DNA of 64,000 nucleotides from an uncultured cyanobacterium (GCA_963744145.1 CAVUSO010000001.1:1024001-1088000), one strand, 5' to 3'. Shown: positions 51,249 to 63,270, numbered from the stretch's first letter. Notes: a model not told the origin generated them from the sequence alone. Translations and numbers: made by a program.

Positions 51249-54200
51249 ATGGTTAAACTTGTCTTAAATTTCAGACAGGGAAGTTTTGAAAAGGGATTTG
51301 ATGCGACCCTGGAAATAAGCGATCGCGATCGCATTTCCACAATACAGGGTCAACTACCACCACAGCCCACCCTACCCAAAATCTATGAAGATTGGCAAAA
51401 TATCTTTAATACATACGATTTAGGAGAGGAAGAAATTGTCAAAGAAAAAGCAAAACCTCTGCGCGAGGATTTGAACACCTGGCTAAATTCGGAATTGTTT
51501 AGTCCGATTAAATCTAAATTAGCAGAAATTTTCACATCATCTGAAGAAGTTCGCTTGTTAGTTCAAGCCGAAAACTATCAACTCTGGCGACTTCCTTGGG
51601 AGCAATGGGACTTTTTCGCTAATTATCCCCAACTTGAAATAGCATTGAGTTCCCCAGTATCTAAATCTATCAAAAGATGTCCCCTGAATCAACCAAAAAC
51701 TAAAATTAGAATTTTATGTATTCAATGTAACACTAAGAAAATTGATACGGAAATTGATATCAAAGCCTTAAAAACTTTTTTCCAAGATCAGGCAGATATA
51801 AAATATGTTAGCAAGCCTAGTAAGAAAGAACTGTCTCAATATTTGAGAAATAAAAAAGGTTGGGATATGATCTTTTTTGCGGGTCATTCTAGCACGGATA
51901 GCCAGCAAAGAGGTATCCTTGAAATTAACGATGAAGAAAATTTGACAATTCCTGAATTAAAGTATGCTTTAAGAGCAGCGATCGCTCTGGGCTTAAAATT
52001 AGCAATTTTCAATTCCTGTGATGGTTTAGGATTAGCCAGAAACTTAGCTGACTTGCAAATCCCTAGCGTAGTTGTTATGCGAGAACCAGTTCCCGATCAA
52101 GTAGCTCAAGTATTTGTCGAAGAATTTCTTAAACAATTTGCCAACAATGAATCATTATATGCTTCAGTGCGACAAGCACGGGAAAGTTTAAAAACCCTAG
52201 AAAATCAGTATCCTTGTGCTAGCTGGTTACCTGTAATTTGTCAAAATCCAGCCGAAGATGCGATCGCTTATGAGGGGTTACTAAATGGATTAAATACCGA
52301 TACAAACTGGGAAGGAGCTTGTCGTACTCTACTCACTCTGGATGCGATTAAACGGCTCGAATCAAATATGTTGACAAATAAAAAGGGTATAGAAATTGAC
52401 GATATTTATGTTCCCCCTAACTTAGATTTAGTCAAACGATTTAAGAAAAAAGATCCAAAGGAGTTATCCCAGGAAGAACAAGAACAGCAAAAAAGAGAAA
52501 ATCAGTTTCTCGATATTTATCAAGAGGATAATTTTTTCAAACAAGTAATCGAGTCGGGAAGAAGTATTTACAGCCAAGGGCGCAGATTAGCAATTATTGG
52601 CGAAGCAGGGATCGGCAAAAGCCTATTTTTACAACGGCTCGGACGAATGGATTGTCTGGGAGTCAAACACTACCCATCAAGTTGTGATCTGGGTATCTTT
52701 AGCTGACTTGAAAACAGCGCAAAGTCTGGAAGACTATCTCCAGCAAAATTGGCTTGAACGCGCCAAACAACAAGTAAAGATTCCCGCAAATAATCAAGAA
52801 GATTTAAGATTGCTATTTGCATCAAGACGAGTATTCTTGCTGTTAGATGGAGCCGATGAAATGCCTGTCCGCATTGGTAATCCTCTCGAAGTAATTGTCA
52901 GACAGCTCGCTACTTCTGAGTGGATTTCTCAAGCAAGGATTTTACTAACTTGTCGCGTCAATGTCTGGGAAGCCAACCAAAATATTTTGCAAAATTTCGA
53001 TGTTTACCGTCACTTAGATTTTAGCGATCGCGCTCAATATGGTCAACCGATTAACCAAGTAGAAGCCTTTATTTCTGGTTGGTTTAATGGTAGTAAACAA
53101 CAAAGAAAAATTGGTCTAAATTTGCGCCAAGAGTTAGAGCAAGAAGGCAAGCAAAAAATTAAAGATTTGACCAAAAATCCCTTGCGGTTATCATTGCTAT
53201 GTTTAGTGTGGGAAGAGCAGGGGAGGTTGCCAGATACTAAAACAGAACTTTATCAGCAATTTGTCGAGGAAATTTATAAATGGAAGCAACAGCAATTGAA
53301 GCTAGATAAATCCAAAATAGAAAATTTAAACAAAAAATTAGCAGAGTTAGCAAAACAAACGTTAGATCAAAAAAACATATTACCTCGACAAAAATTGTCA
53401 GACAATCTACCTCTAGCAGAAATAGAACTACTGTCTCCATTTCGGATTTCTCATGTTTTAGCAAGGTTAACTCTTGGTAAGGATTTTGACTTAGCACTAA
53501 AGTTGGGTTGGTTGAATCAGGTAGGAGTCTCGCCAAACAAAACAGAGGAACCCATCTATGCCTTTTTGCATCCGAGTTTCCAGGAATATTTTGCGGCACA
53601 AGCTATTGCTTTTGATCAGTGGAATTATTTTTTAGACAGCGGCAACGAGATTCATCGAGTTTTTGAGCAGAAGTGGCGGGAAGTAATTTTGTTTTGGTTT
53701 GGACGACCTAGTGAGAAAAATATTGATAATAAATACTGGAAAGAAAGTTTTATCACAAGGATTTGGAAATATAACGATTTTTGTAAGGGATTTTATGCAT
53801 TTAAAGCACGGCTTTTAACGGCGGAAGCTTTGGGAGAATTTAGAGATTGTAGTGATGAAATAGCAGAAAAAATAATAGCTGAAGTCGTTAAATTTAGCAT
53901 TTGCTATTATATTGATGAAAATGATTTTTCCTTACCTGAACAGGCAATAAGAGAGAGAGGTTATGCAGCACTATTGCAAATAAATAGTAGCAAATTTAAA
54001 GATTATTTAGTCAAACTTCTAAGTCGTCTTCCGCTAGATCACATAGTTAGTCGTTCTGAGATTGCTGATGTTCTAGCACAATTAGATCCTGGTAATCAAG
54101 AAGCTATTAATACTCATCTTGATTTGATCAAAACTGTTAAGACTGGAGATTATAACTTTGCCTGTGGGCTTATTCGCTATAGTTCAATGAAAAAAATCCA

Positions 54201-56134
54201 GCAAATAGCTCATGGGAATGCTGTTGCTATTAAAGAGTTAAAACAGCTATTATATAGGTCTCAAGATGAGCATGAGCGGGCGCGTATTGCTACTACTTTA
54301 GTAATAATTGCTAGTAAGGAAATAGCAGAAAAAGGTTTGAACACCTTAATTGAGTTATTATATAATTGCCTACCAGATTATGTTTTATCTTATTTAGATT
54401 ATTTTGAAATGATTGCCATTAATAATTTCGATCCTGATACAAAAATAATGGTGGTTGAACGACTGACTAAATTACTTAATCCTATTGAATACAGACAATT
54501 GCCTAGTGAGTGGAAATTGAATAGACACAAAATTCCTTGGTATGAAAACTCTTCACATCAAAATACTTATAGTCATCTTAAAATTTCCGCTTTTACACAG
54601 TATTTACGGATTAGTATAGTTGCAGCTCTTAGTTTATTAAAAATTCAGCCAGAACATAAAGCTGCGGTCAGAACATTGGTTGAGTTCCTAGCAATTGATC
54701 CCAACAAGTATCCTTTAATCCAGCATATTGATGCGAATCATATCTGTCAGATAATTGCTTATCAAATAGAAAACTCTCGTATTGATAATCAAACGCTTAT
54801 CAATACCTTGAGTGAATATATCACAACGATTGATGATCAAGATGCTTTGTTGTGGTCCTGTTAACCTTTTAGGAAAAGTAGCCGCCGGTACAAATGATGA
54901 AGGTGCTATTATTGCCCTAAATTCACAACTACAGACAACCTCGGAGTCTAACCGGAAAATATCTTATACTTTTCCGAACATAGCTCATACTTTGGGAAAA
55001 GTAAACCCAGGTAACCCTGATGCTATACAAGCTCTTACTAAATTAATACGTTTTCCAATTACTAATCGTCATGAGGTTTCTGAACTTTCCGAATCGATAA
55101 GATTACTTGGAGCAATCGATCTAAACAATCCAGAAGCCACTAAAGCTCTAATTAAATTGCAACAGTTTGCTCAATCTAGATTGGATGATTTTATTAAACG
55201 GTTTGACATCAAACCGGAAAATGTGGATCAGGCTCTCTCTGAATTGTTGAGCGAATACTGTAAAAAATTTGGGTACGAATCTAAAATAACAGAAGTTGTA
55301 AGAGAAGCTTCAGGAATACATACACTATTCATCGAAAATATTAAAATTTTTGCAGAGATCAATCGTGAAAATACAGAATCCATAAACTTTTTAACAAAAC
55401 TGCTAGCCCATCCTGAAGAACGAATCCGTTTTGAAGCAGCTTTGAGTTTGGCAAAAGTTGACCCAGGCAATTTAAACGCACTCAATGCACTGGTTGTAAT
55501 ATACCGTACTGCTAAGACAAAATACTATTTTGAATTTGATGGTTCGTTACCTAATCAGTTACTAGAAATTAGAGATCCTCAACGCCGTAAAAATCTGATT
55601 GGAGCTATCACTGAAATAATAGAGACTGAACCACCATCCGAATGCTATTATATTGCTGAAGCTTTGGCTAAAGCCGATCCGGGAAATGACCGGGCAGTGA
55701 CAACCTTGCTCGATTACTTGCAAAATCCCCTAAATGACCCACTTAGAGCTAGCGCTACGAGAAAAATAATTAAAACTTTAAAAGCAACTTTGCGAGAAGA
55801 ACAATTTAAACAAATAGTAAGTAGATTTAAAAATCCTCTATTCGATGCCGAGAGTAACAATGATACAGAACAATTTGAAATCTACTATGAACTCTTCTTG
55901 CATTGTGCTGAAAATATTAGCTATCGTGACTTCTTTCAAGCTTTGCACTATAACTCGGGTTTCATTAGTAATATGAAACCCTCTACGCATGCACGAGTTA
56001 TAGCGATCATTATAGCAGGCGAAGCATGGATGAAGATGAGCAGTTGCGTATCTATAATCAAAAGGTTATTATTGTTTGTGTATAAACGGTTATATGCTGT
56101 GTGGATATTTATCATTCGTTTTTTAGACAGGTAA
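51249..56134 (+). pseudogene. CHAT-NACHT-HEAT protein, copy 1, split by two +1 frameshifts
   Basis: Three ORFs collinear with 57280-62457; extra base at ~52643 (CTCGGACGAATGG vs CTCGGCGAATGG) and at ~54855. Confidence 0.85.
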
Positions 56135-56394
56135 CGTAAATAAATCAATAGCTACACAACACTCCCCTATCTGTTCTATGGGGCGATCGCGACCAATAAA
56201 TCATCACTCTTCTGAGTTTAGTTCTGATTACTGGTTTGTTAGCAGAAAGCGAGGGCTAAAACCCCTACTACAAACAATGTTTAACCTGCACTTTCCAGCG
56301 TTCCTAATCCCAAAAGTGTAGCTCTTGTTACTGACATGATCTGAACAAGTTCGGTTGCTAGTTGAAGCTGAGAGCGATCGCTATACTCATCAAA

Positions 56395-56706
56395 TCACCT
56401 TTGATAAACAGAAAGAGCAAAATCTAAGACTTCACGCTTGCGTTCCTCTGATAAACGGGAAACTACAGCATTTACCTGCTCAGATAGGGGCAGCCAACTC
56501 TTAGTTTTCGCTTTCCAAACCACAATTAACTGTTCAGATAATAGTGTACACAACGCAACAGTTTCCCCATCTTGATTGCTAAATTCAACTTCATACTCAT
56601 TATGATCAAAACACTCCACAATGGCTCCCTGAATCCCTGCAAGAAGATTATATTCAGGTAAATCTACTAATAACTCAATGACATCAAATAATTCTGGCTC
56701 AATCAT
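56395..56706 (-). CDS. DUF4926-like protein (putative antitoxin)
   Basis: ELFDVIELLVDLPE..L.AG.QGAIVE...YEVEF....GET. Confidence 0.8.
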   Translation of the reverse strand: MIEPELFDVIELLVDLPEYNLLAGIQGAIVECFDHNEYEVEFSNQDGETVALCTLLSEQLIVVWKAKTKSWLPLSEQVNAVVSRLSEERKREVLDFALSVYQR

Positions 56707-57083
56707 TCTTGTTTCCTCACATATAACGTTACTAATCTAGCCACATCACTACCAGGCTCAACGATCCAACCCGTCCGAACAATCTCTTGCTGTCCCTCTT
56801 CTAGCCCTCTAACCTCCAAATCTACCTGATAGCGTTGTCCGTGTTCATCTGTACGCTGCAAAATTGCTTCAGTTTCTAAGGCTTGAACCAAAATCTGTTG
56901 TAGTAGGGATTGATAGTTATCTTTAGTAAAACCTAGATGACGCTCGAACATGACAGCTTTATCAGCCCCTTTGGGATTATCCAAGTTAAGTGAGTATTCT
57001 GTCAGCTTACGAGGATCGATAACCAAGCGGCGGACAATATCTCCGAGCTTCATATTTACCTGCTCATTGCCTAGCAAAAACAT
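56703..57083 (-). CDS. DUF6883-like protein (putative nuclease toxin)
   Basis: IDPRKLTEYSLN..NPKG.DKA..F...LGF, HGQRY, VRTGWI, RLVTLY; ATGA overlap with the downstream gene; start may be ATG 57053. Confidence 0.78.
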   Translation of the reverse strand: MFLLGNEQVNMKLGDIVRRLVIDPRKLTEYSLNLDNPKGADKAVMFERHLGFTKDNYQSLLQQILVQALETEAILQRTDEHGQRYQVDLEVRGLEEGQQEIVRTGWIVEPGSDVARLVTLYVRKQE

Positions 57084-57279
57084 AAATTGGCTGCCACTAG
57101 CTAATCATTATAGCCTAATTGACCTTTATGACTCTTTTTTTCCAAATTTTGTCAATTTATCTGATCCAGATCGACTAAAATTGATTTAGCTCATTTATAA
57201 TACCACAATAACTAGGACATACTTGAGCAAAAAAAACTGTGTTGCTTGTATTTGTAGTAATTATTCTGACTAATCACCG

Positions 57280-60200
57280 ATGGTTAAACCGATGGTTAAA
57301 CTTGTCTTAAATTTCCAGCAAGGAAGTTTTACAAAGGGATTTGATGCGACCCTGGAAATAAGCGATCGCGATCACATTTTCACAATACAGGGTCAACTAC
57401 CACCACAGCCCACCCTACCCAAAATCTACGAAGATTGGCAAGATAGCTTTAACAAGAAAGATGGTTTCGTAGAGGAAGAAGTCAGAAAAAAAGCCAAATC
57501 TGTACAAGAGAATCTGAATACCTGGCTAAATTCGCAGTTGTTTAGTCCGATTAAATCTAAATTAGCAGAAATTTTCACATCATCTGAAGAAGTTCGCTTG
57601 TTAGTTCAAGCCGAAAACTATCAACTCTGGCGACTTCCTTGGGAGCAATGGGATTTTTTTGCTCATCATCCTCAACTGGAAATAGCCTTAAGTTCCCCAG
57701 TATCTAAATCGATCAAAAGATGTACGCTAAATCAACCAAAAACTAAAATTAGAATTCTATGTATTCAAGGTAATACTAAGGGAATCAATACGGCAATTGA
57801 TATCGAAGCTTTACAAACATTTTGCCAAGATAAAGCAGATATCAAACTTTGCCAACAACCCAGCCGCAAAGAACTATCGATCTGTTTAAGAGATAAAAAG
57901 GGTTGGGATATTATATTTTTTGCGGGTCATAGTAGCACCGATAGTCAGCAGACAGGTCGAATTGATATTAACGAGCGGGAAAGTTTGACGATCCCCGATT
58001 TAAAGTATGCTTTAAGAGCAGCGATCGCCCTGGGCTTAAAATTAGCAATTTTCAATTCCTGTGATGGTTTAGGATTAGCCAGAAACTTAGCTGACTTGCA
58101 AATCCCTAGCGTAGTTGTTATGCGAGAACCAGTTCCCGATCAAGTAGCTCAAGTATTTGTCGAAGAATTTCTTAAACAATTTGCCAACAATGAATCATTA
58201 TATTCTTCAGTGCGACAAGCGAGGGAAAGTTTAAAAAACCTAGAAAATCAATATCCCTGTGCTAGTTGGTTACCTGTAATTTGTCAAAATCCAGCCGAAG
58301 ATGCGATCGCTTACCAGGAATTACTGAGTGGACTAAACACCGAAACAACTTGGGAAGGAGCTTGTCGTACTCTACTCACCTTGGATGGGATTAAGCGGCT
58401 GGAATTAAATATGTTAACAAAAAAGAAGGGTCTAGAAATTGATGATATTTATGTTCCTCCTAACTTAGATTTAGTCAAACGATTCAAGAATAACCACCCA
58501 CAGGAGCTATCTCAGGAAGAACAAGAACAGCAAAAACGAGAAAATCAATTTCCCGATACTTATCAACAGGATAATTTTTTCAAACAAGTAATTGAGCGGG
58601 GTAGAAGTATTTACAGCCAAGGACAGAGATTAGCAATTATTGGCGAAGCAGGGATCGGCAAAAGCCTATTTTTACAACGGCTCGGCGAATGGATTGTTTG
58701 GGAATCAAATACCACCAATCAAGTTGTAATCTGGGTATCTTTAGCTGACTTGAAAAGAGAGCAAAGTCTGGAAGACTATCTTCAGCAAAATTGGCTTGAA
58801 TACGCCAATCAGCAAGTAAAAATTCCCGCAACTAATCGAGAAGATTTAAGGGCGCTATTTGCATCAGGACAAGTATTCTTGCTATTAGATGGCGCGGATG
58901 AAATGCCCGTCCGCCTTGGTAATCCTCTCGAAGTAATTGTCAGACAGATCGCTACTTCCTCGGTGGTTTCCCAAGCAAGGATTTTACTAACTTGTCGCGT
59001 CAATGTCTGGGAAGCCAACCAAAATGTTTTGCAAAACTTTGATGTTTACCGTCACTTAGATTTTAGCGATCGCGCCAAATATGGACGAACAATTAACCAA
59101 GTAGAAGCTTTTATTGATCGTTGGTTTAATGGTAGTGAACAACAAAGAAAAATCGGTCTAAATTTACGCCAAGAGTTAGAGCAAGAAAGCAAGAAAAAAA
59201 TTAAAGATTTAACCAAAAATCCCTTGCGTTTATCATTGCTATGTTTAGTGTGGGAAGAGCAGGGGAGGTTACCAGATACTAAAACTGAACTTTATCAGCA
59301 ATTCGTCGAGGAAATTTATAAATGGAAGCAACAGCAATTACAGCTAGATCAAGCCAAAATAGAAAGTTTAAATAAAAAATTAGCAGAATTGGCAATAAAA
59401 ACCTTAGATCAGAGCAGACAAAACTTGGTTAAATGGGTAATGTCCAGATGGGAAATGTCCCGTGCAGAAAAAAGTAACATACCTCTAGCAGAAGCGATGA
59501 TCAATTGGTCAGGCAATTCACTACTTCTATCGAGAATGGGACCACAAGAGTCGCCTTTTCGGATTCCTTACTTTATAGCATGGTCAATTTTAGGTAACAA
59601 TGATGATTTTGCGATCGCAGAAAAATTAGGTTGGTTGAATCAGGTGGGAGTGTCAGCAATTAATCCACAGGAGCGAATTTATGCTTTTTTACATCCAACT
59701 TTCCACGAATATTTTGCGGCACAAGCGATTACTTTTGAGCAGTGGAATTATTTTTTAGATCACCATAACTTTTTCACTAACCATCCCGCTTATGGGACGT
59801 ACCGAATTTTTGAGCAGCAGTGGCGGGAAGTGATTTTATTTTGGTTTGGACGACCTACTGAGGAAGGTACTTACGATAAAGTCTGTAAAGAAAGCTTTCT
59901 CCAAGAGCTTTGGGAGTTTAGAGATAAGTGTAAGGGATTTTATTCTTTGCAAGCACAGCTTTTAGCAGCTACGGCTTTGGGAGAATTTAGAAATTGTAGT
60001 GATGAAATAGCAGAAAAAATAATCCCTGAAGTAATTCAATATAGCTTTGTAATTGAGAAAAGTAATTTTTTACCTTACGATACAGTCATAAGAAGAGCTT
60101 ATTTTGCGCTGTTACAAACAAATAGTAGCAAAGTTAAAGATTATTTAGTTGAACTCCTAAGTCGTATTCCACTAAATCATAGAGTAACTCGATATAACAT

Positions 60201-62457
60201 TGCTAATGTTATATCAGAATTTTATCCTGGCAATGAAGAAGCCATTAATACTTATCTGAACTTGATTCAAATTGATAGGGATGATTTTCATCAAATAAAA
60301 ATTCAATTTTATGCTAAAGAAAAATTGGCAGAAGTTGCTCATGGTAATCGCAAAGTTATAAATTATTTATGGCAGCAATTTTATCGAAATCATAATCAAG
60401 ATAATAGAGAAATAAATGCTGTTATTCTAGGGATTATTGCTAGCGGGAAAATTGATGTAGTAAAAAAAGCGATTGAAACTTTAATTGAAATACTATTTAC
60501 TTGTTCAGAAGAATCTTATTCTTATAGTTTCTATGAATATTTTGAAGAGATAGCTTTGGAAAATATCGATATAAATGTTACTCAAAAAGTCATTGAATAT
60601 CTAACTTACTTACTGGAAACTAAAGAATATAAAAATTTACCTTGGTTAACACCCATGCAGCGGCAAAACCTTCCTTGGTACGAGCAATCAGATGATTCGG
60701 AGGATTGTAAAAGCATAGCTTTTACTCGATATCAACAGATTCGCTTGTGTGCTGCTCAAGCTTTATTCAAGATTAATCCAAACAATCTAGATGCAGTTAT
60801 TACATTAGCTGACTTGATAAAAATTGAAGAATATTATCCTTTCGTTAATGATAAAGATGCAGATTTTATTCGTAGTTCAGCTGTGGAGATATTAGAAAAA
60901 TTTGGGGTTGATAATCAGGTTGTTATCTCGGTTTTAAGCGAGGGTATAGTCAATATTGAAAATGATAATACATTGCGAATTACTGCCGATACTTTAGGAA
61001 AAGTAGCTGCTGATACTAATAATGAATGTGCGATCGAAGCTTTGATTGCACGAATACATAAAACTGAAGATTTATGGAGAGGAAAACAACTTGCTGAAAT
61101 TTTGAGTAAAATTCAACCAAGTCATCCAGAAGCGATTAGATTTTTGCATGAATTAATACTCTCCACATTAAAAAATAATCAACGGGATGAACCTCTAATT
61201 TTAACTGCGGCTAAGGCTTTGGGAACAATTTCACCAAATAATACCCAGGCAATCAATACTTTAATGGAATTACAACAGTTGATTCAAGATCGATTAGATG
61301 ATTTGCTCAATCAGTTAGGGATCAGTTATAAAAATATGGCTGCTTCTACTATTAATGAAATATTAGAAGGAAATTGTAATATTTATGAAGATACTTTTAC
61401 TAGAAATAATTTGTTGAGAGACATATCAAAAACATACATAATCCTAAGAAGATCTATAAAAAATTTAGGTGAATTAACTTACAGTAATGCCAAAGTTATT
61501 GATAGGTTAACAAATTTACTAAGATATCCAGGAGAACAAGTACAGTATGAAGCAGCTTCGAGTTTGGCAAAAATTGACCCCGGTAATTCAAAAGCACTCG
61601 ATACACTGATTGAAATACACCGTAATGCTAAGAGCGAATTCCTTCGCGATCAAGCAGGTGGGATCTTCCAGTTTTTAGCAAATCAAGTACGAGAAATTAG
61701 CGATAGTCAACGGCGTGAAACACTCATTAATGCTATCATTGAAATCATGGAGACACACCCGCACCCATATCAAAGATATCATACGGCTCAAGCTCTAACT
61801 GAAGTTCTTCCCGGTAACGATCAAGTAGTGTCTACTCTACTGGATTTGTTAAATAATTACCCAGAGGTATATCAAGAAAAAATTATTAATACTTTGAAGG
61901 AAACCTTAAGAGGTAAGCAGTTTCAGCAAATAGTTATAGCTTCTAAAAATCCCCTAGAAGATGCTGATAAAAATCATAATGTTAATCTCTTTAAAAACTA
62001 CCACGAACTTTTGTGTTTTTGTGCTGAAAATCTCAGCTATCCTGACTTCTTTCGAGCTTTTCACAATCAATCGGATTTCGAGCATTTGAAACCCTCTATG
62101 CTTCTGGGTAGAGCGATCACACTGATAATTTATTTCCAGGCTAAGGTTAGCTTTTATGTGTCTCAAGTTCGAGAACATCCTTATTATCTAATTTTTGATA
62201 TTTTGCAATTACTGTTTATCGGTATCAAGTGGTCATTAAAATTAGCTGCACTTACTCTTTTTACTCCTTTATTTATGATTTTTTTGTTAATATTTGGGAT
62301 TTTTAATATAAAACTATGGTCTCAATTATTTTATATCCTCAAATCATTTATAGTATTTTTATCGGGACTTATTGTAAGTTTATTCTTTTTTCTGTATGGA
62401 TTGTTATATGCTTTGTGGATACTTATAATTCGTTTTTTAGATAGGTGGCGAAACTAA
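57280..62457 (+). CDS. CHAT protease - NACHT NTPase - HEAT repeats - C-terminal TM protein (NLR-like)
   Basis: CHAT dyad FFAGHS and FNSCDG; Walker A GEAGIGKS, Walker B LLLDGADE, LTCR, NPLRL, FLHPTFHEYFAA; repeated L.KIDPGN..A...L units; hydrophobic C-terminus. Confidence 0.9.
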   Translation: MVKPMVKLVLNFQQGSFTKGFDATLEISDRDHIFTIQGQLPPQPTLPKIYEDWQDSFNKKDGFVEEEVRKKAKSVQENLNTWLNSQLFSPIKSKLAEIFTSSEEVRLLVQAENYQLWRLPWEQWDFFAHHPQLEIALSSPVSKSIKRCTLNQPKTKIRILCIQGNTKGINTAIDIEALQTFCQDKADIKLCQQPSRKELSICLRDKKGWDIIFFAGHSSTDSQQTGRIDINERESLTIPDLKYALRAAIALGLKLAIFNSCDGLGLARNLADLQIPSVVVMREPVPDQVAQVFVEEFLKQFANNESLYSSVRQARESLKNLENQYPCASWLPVICQNPAEDAIAYQELLSGLNTETTWEGACRTLLTLDGIKRLELNMLTKKKGLEIDDIYVPPNLDLVKRFKNNHPQELSQEEQEQQKRENQFPDTYQQDNFFKQVIERGRSIYSQGQRLAIIGEAGIGKSLFLQRLGEWIVWESNTTNQVVIWVSLADLKREQSLEDYLQQNWLEYANQQVKIPATNREDLRALFASGQVFLLLDGADEMPVRLGNPLEVIVRQIATSSVVSQARILLTCRVNVWEANQNVLQNFDVYRHLDFSDRAKYGRTINQVEAFIDRWFNGSEQQRKIGLNLRQELEQESKKKIKDLTKNPLRLSLLCLVWEEQGRLPDTKTELYQQFVEEIYKWKQQQLQLDQAKIESLNKKLAELAIKTLDQSRQNLVKWVMSRWEMSRAEKSNIPLAEAMINWSGNSLLLSRMGPQESPFRIPYFIAWSILGNNDDFAIAEKLGWLNQVGVSAINPQERIYAFLHPTFHEYFAAQAITFEQWNYFLDHHNFFTNHPAYGTYRIFEQQWREVILFWFGRPTEEGTYDKVCKESFLQELWEFRDKCKGFYSLQAQLLAATALGEFRNCSDEIAEKIIPEVIQYSFVIEKSNFLPYDTVIRRAYFALLQTNSSKVKDYLVELLSRIPLNHRVTRYNIANVISEFYPGNEEAINTYLNLIQIDRDDFHQIKIQFYAKEKLAEVAHGNRKVINYLWQQFYRNHNQDNREINAVILGIIASGKIDVVKKAIETLIEILFTCSEESYSYSFYEYFEEIALENIDINVTQKVIEYLTYLLETKEYKNLPWLTPMQRQNLPWYEQSDDSEDCKSIAFTRYQQIRLCAAQALFKINPNNLDAVITLADLIKIEEYYPFVNDKDADFIRSSAVEILEKFGVDNQVVISVLSEGIVNIENDNTLRITADTLGKVAADTNNECAIEALIARIHKTEDLWRGKQLAEILSKIQPSHPEAIRFLHELILSTLKNNQRDEPLILTAAKALGTISPNNTQAINTLMELQQLIQDRLDDLLNQLGISYKNMAASTINEILEGNCNIYEDTFTRNNLLRDISKTYIILRRSIKNLGELTYSNAKVIDRLTNLLRYPGEQVQYEAASSLAKIDPGNSKALDTLIEIHRNAKSEFLRDQAGGIFQFLANQVREISDSQRRETLINAIIEIMETHPHPYQRYHTAQALTEVLPGNDQVVSTLLDLLNNYPEVYQEKIINTLKETLRGKQFQQIVIASKNPLEDADKNHNVNLFKNYHELLCFCAENLSYPDFFRAFHNQSDFEHLKPSMLLGRAITLIIYFQAKVSFYVSQVREHPYYLIFDILQLLFIGIKWSLKLAALTLFTPLFMIFLLIFGIFNIKLWSQLFYILKSFIVFLSGLIVSLFFFLYGLLYALWILIIRFLDRWRN

Positions 62458-62560
62458 ATCAAGAGCTATACAAAACTCCCCTATCTTTTCTATTAGGCGA
62501 TCACGATCCTGCTCAAATTATCGCCAACTCTATCATAACACTTTTACATCTTTTATACCT

Positions 62561-62741
62561 GATAATTCTATGCTGATTCTATAGATAATTTAGATAATTC
62601 TACGCTGATTCTATGGATAATTTCTACAATTCTCTGCTCATTCTACCCTGATTCTATGGATAATTTCTCCAATTCTCTGCTAATTCTACCCTGATTTAAC
62701 AGTTTTCTATGAACATAAAGCTAATTCTCTGCTAATTCTAT
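62561..62741. repeat. Degenerate tandem array of (A/T)ATTCT motifs with a 43-bp higher-order unit
   Basis: CTGATT recurs at 62573, 62605, 62648 and 62691; the units 62605-62647 and 62648-62690 differ at 2 positions. Confidence 0.8.
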
Positions 62742-62979
62742 GGTGACGAGAGAGTTTCTACTAATAAAATCGAGAATCATTCGTTGATTCTCCGAAGTTT
62801 ATTCAGTAATTATCCGATCATCTATGTAAAATTCTACAGTAATTCTACAGCCATGTATATAAATTTCTATTTATTACAGTGTTTACAGCATATTCCCGAT
62901 TTATAGTGTGATGGTTGTGGTGGGGCGGATTCACGCCAGAAGTTTGCCCCACCGACAACGGCTCAAAACCCGCTCCGCT

Positions 62980-63270
62980 TCACTGCTGCACCAACCAAGT
63001 CTGTAACTCTTCCACCGTGGAAAAGTCTAGTAACTCCTCAGCCAATGCTTCCAATTGCTCCAGTGACAAACGAGTAATTTGCTGTTGCAAGGTTTCATCT
63101 AAGGGTCCGACACGACGATTTAACAGGCGCAATACTAACTGCACTTCTCCTGCTAGTCGTCCTCGTTGTTCACCTCGTCGTTCACCTTCTTGCAAGCCTT
63201 TTTGCAAACCTTCTTGCAAACCTTTTTGTAAACCTTCTTGCAAAATTTGCTGATACCAAGGAGACTCTAT
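62980..63270 (-). pseudogene. Rpn/DUF4351 C-terminal fragment
   Basis: ESPWYQQI, LQEG/LQKG repeats, LVLRLLNRRVG...LSLEQLEALAEELLDFS...L..WL; N-terminal nuclease domain absent. Confidence 0.8.

Noticed and set aside
62561-62741. Possible CRISPR array
   Set aside because: The units are contiguous degenerate tandem repeats without unique spacers, and there are no cas genes in the window.
35795-63270. Prophage or integrative element as the origin of the island
   Set aside because: No integrase, phage structural genes, tRNA attachment site or flanking att repeats were seen.
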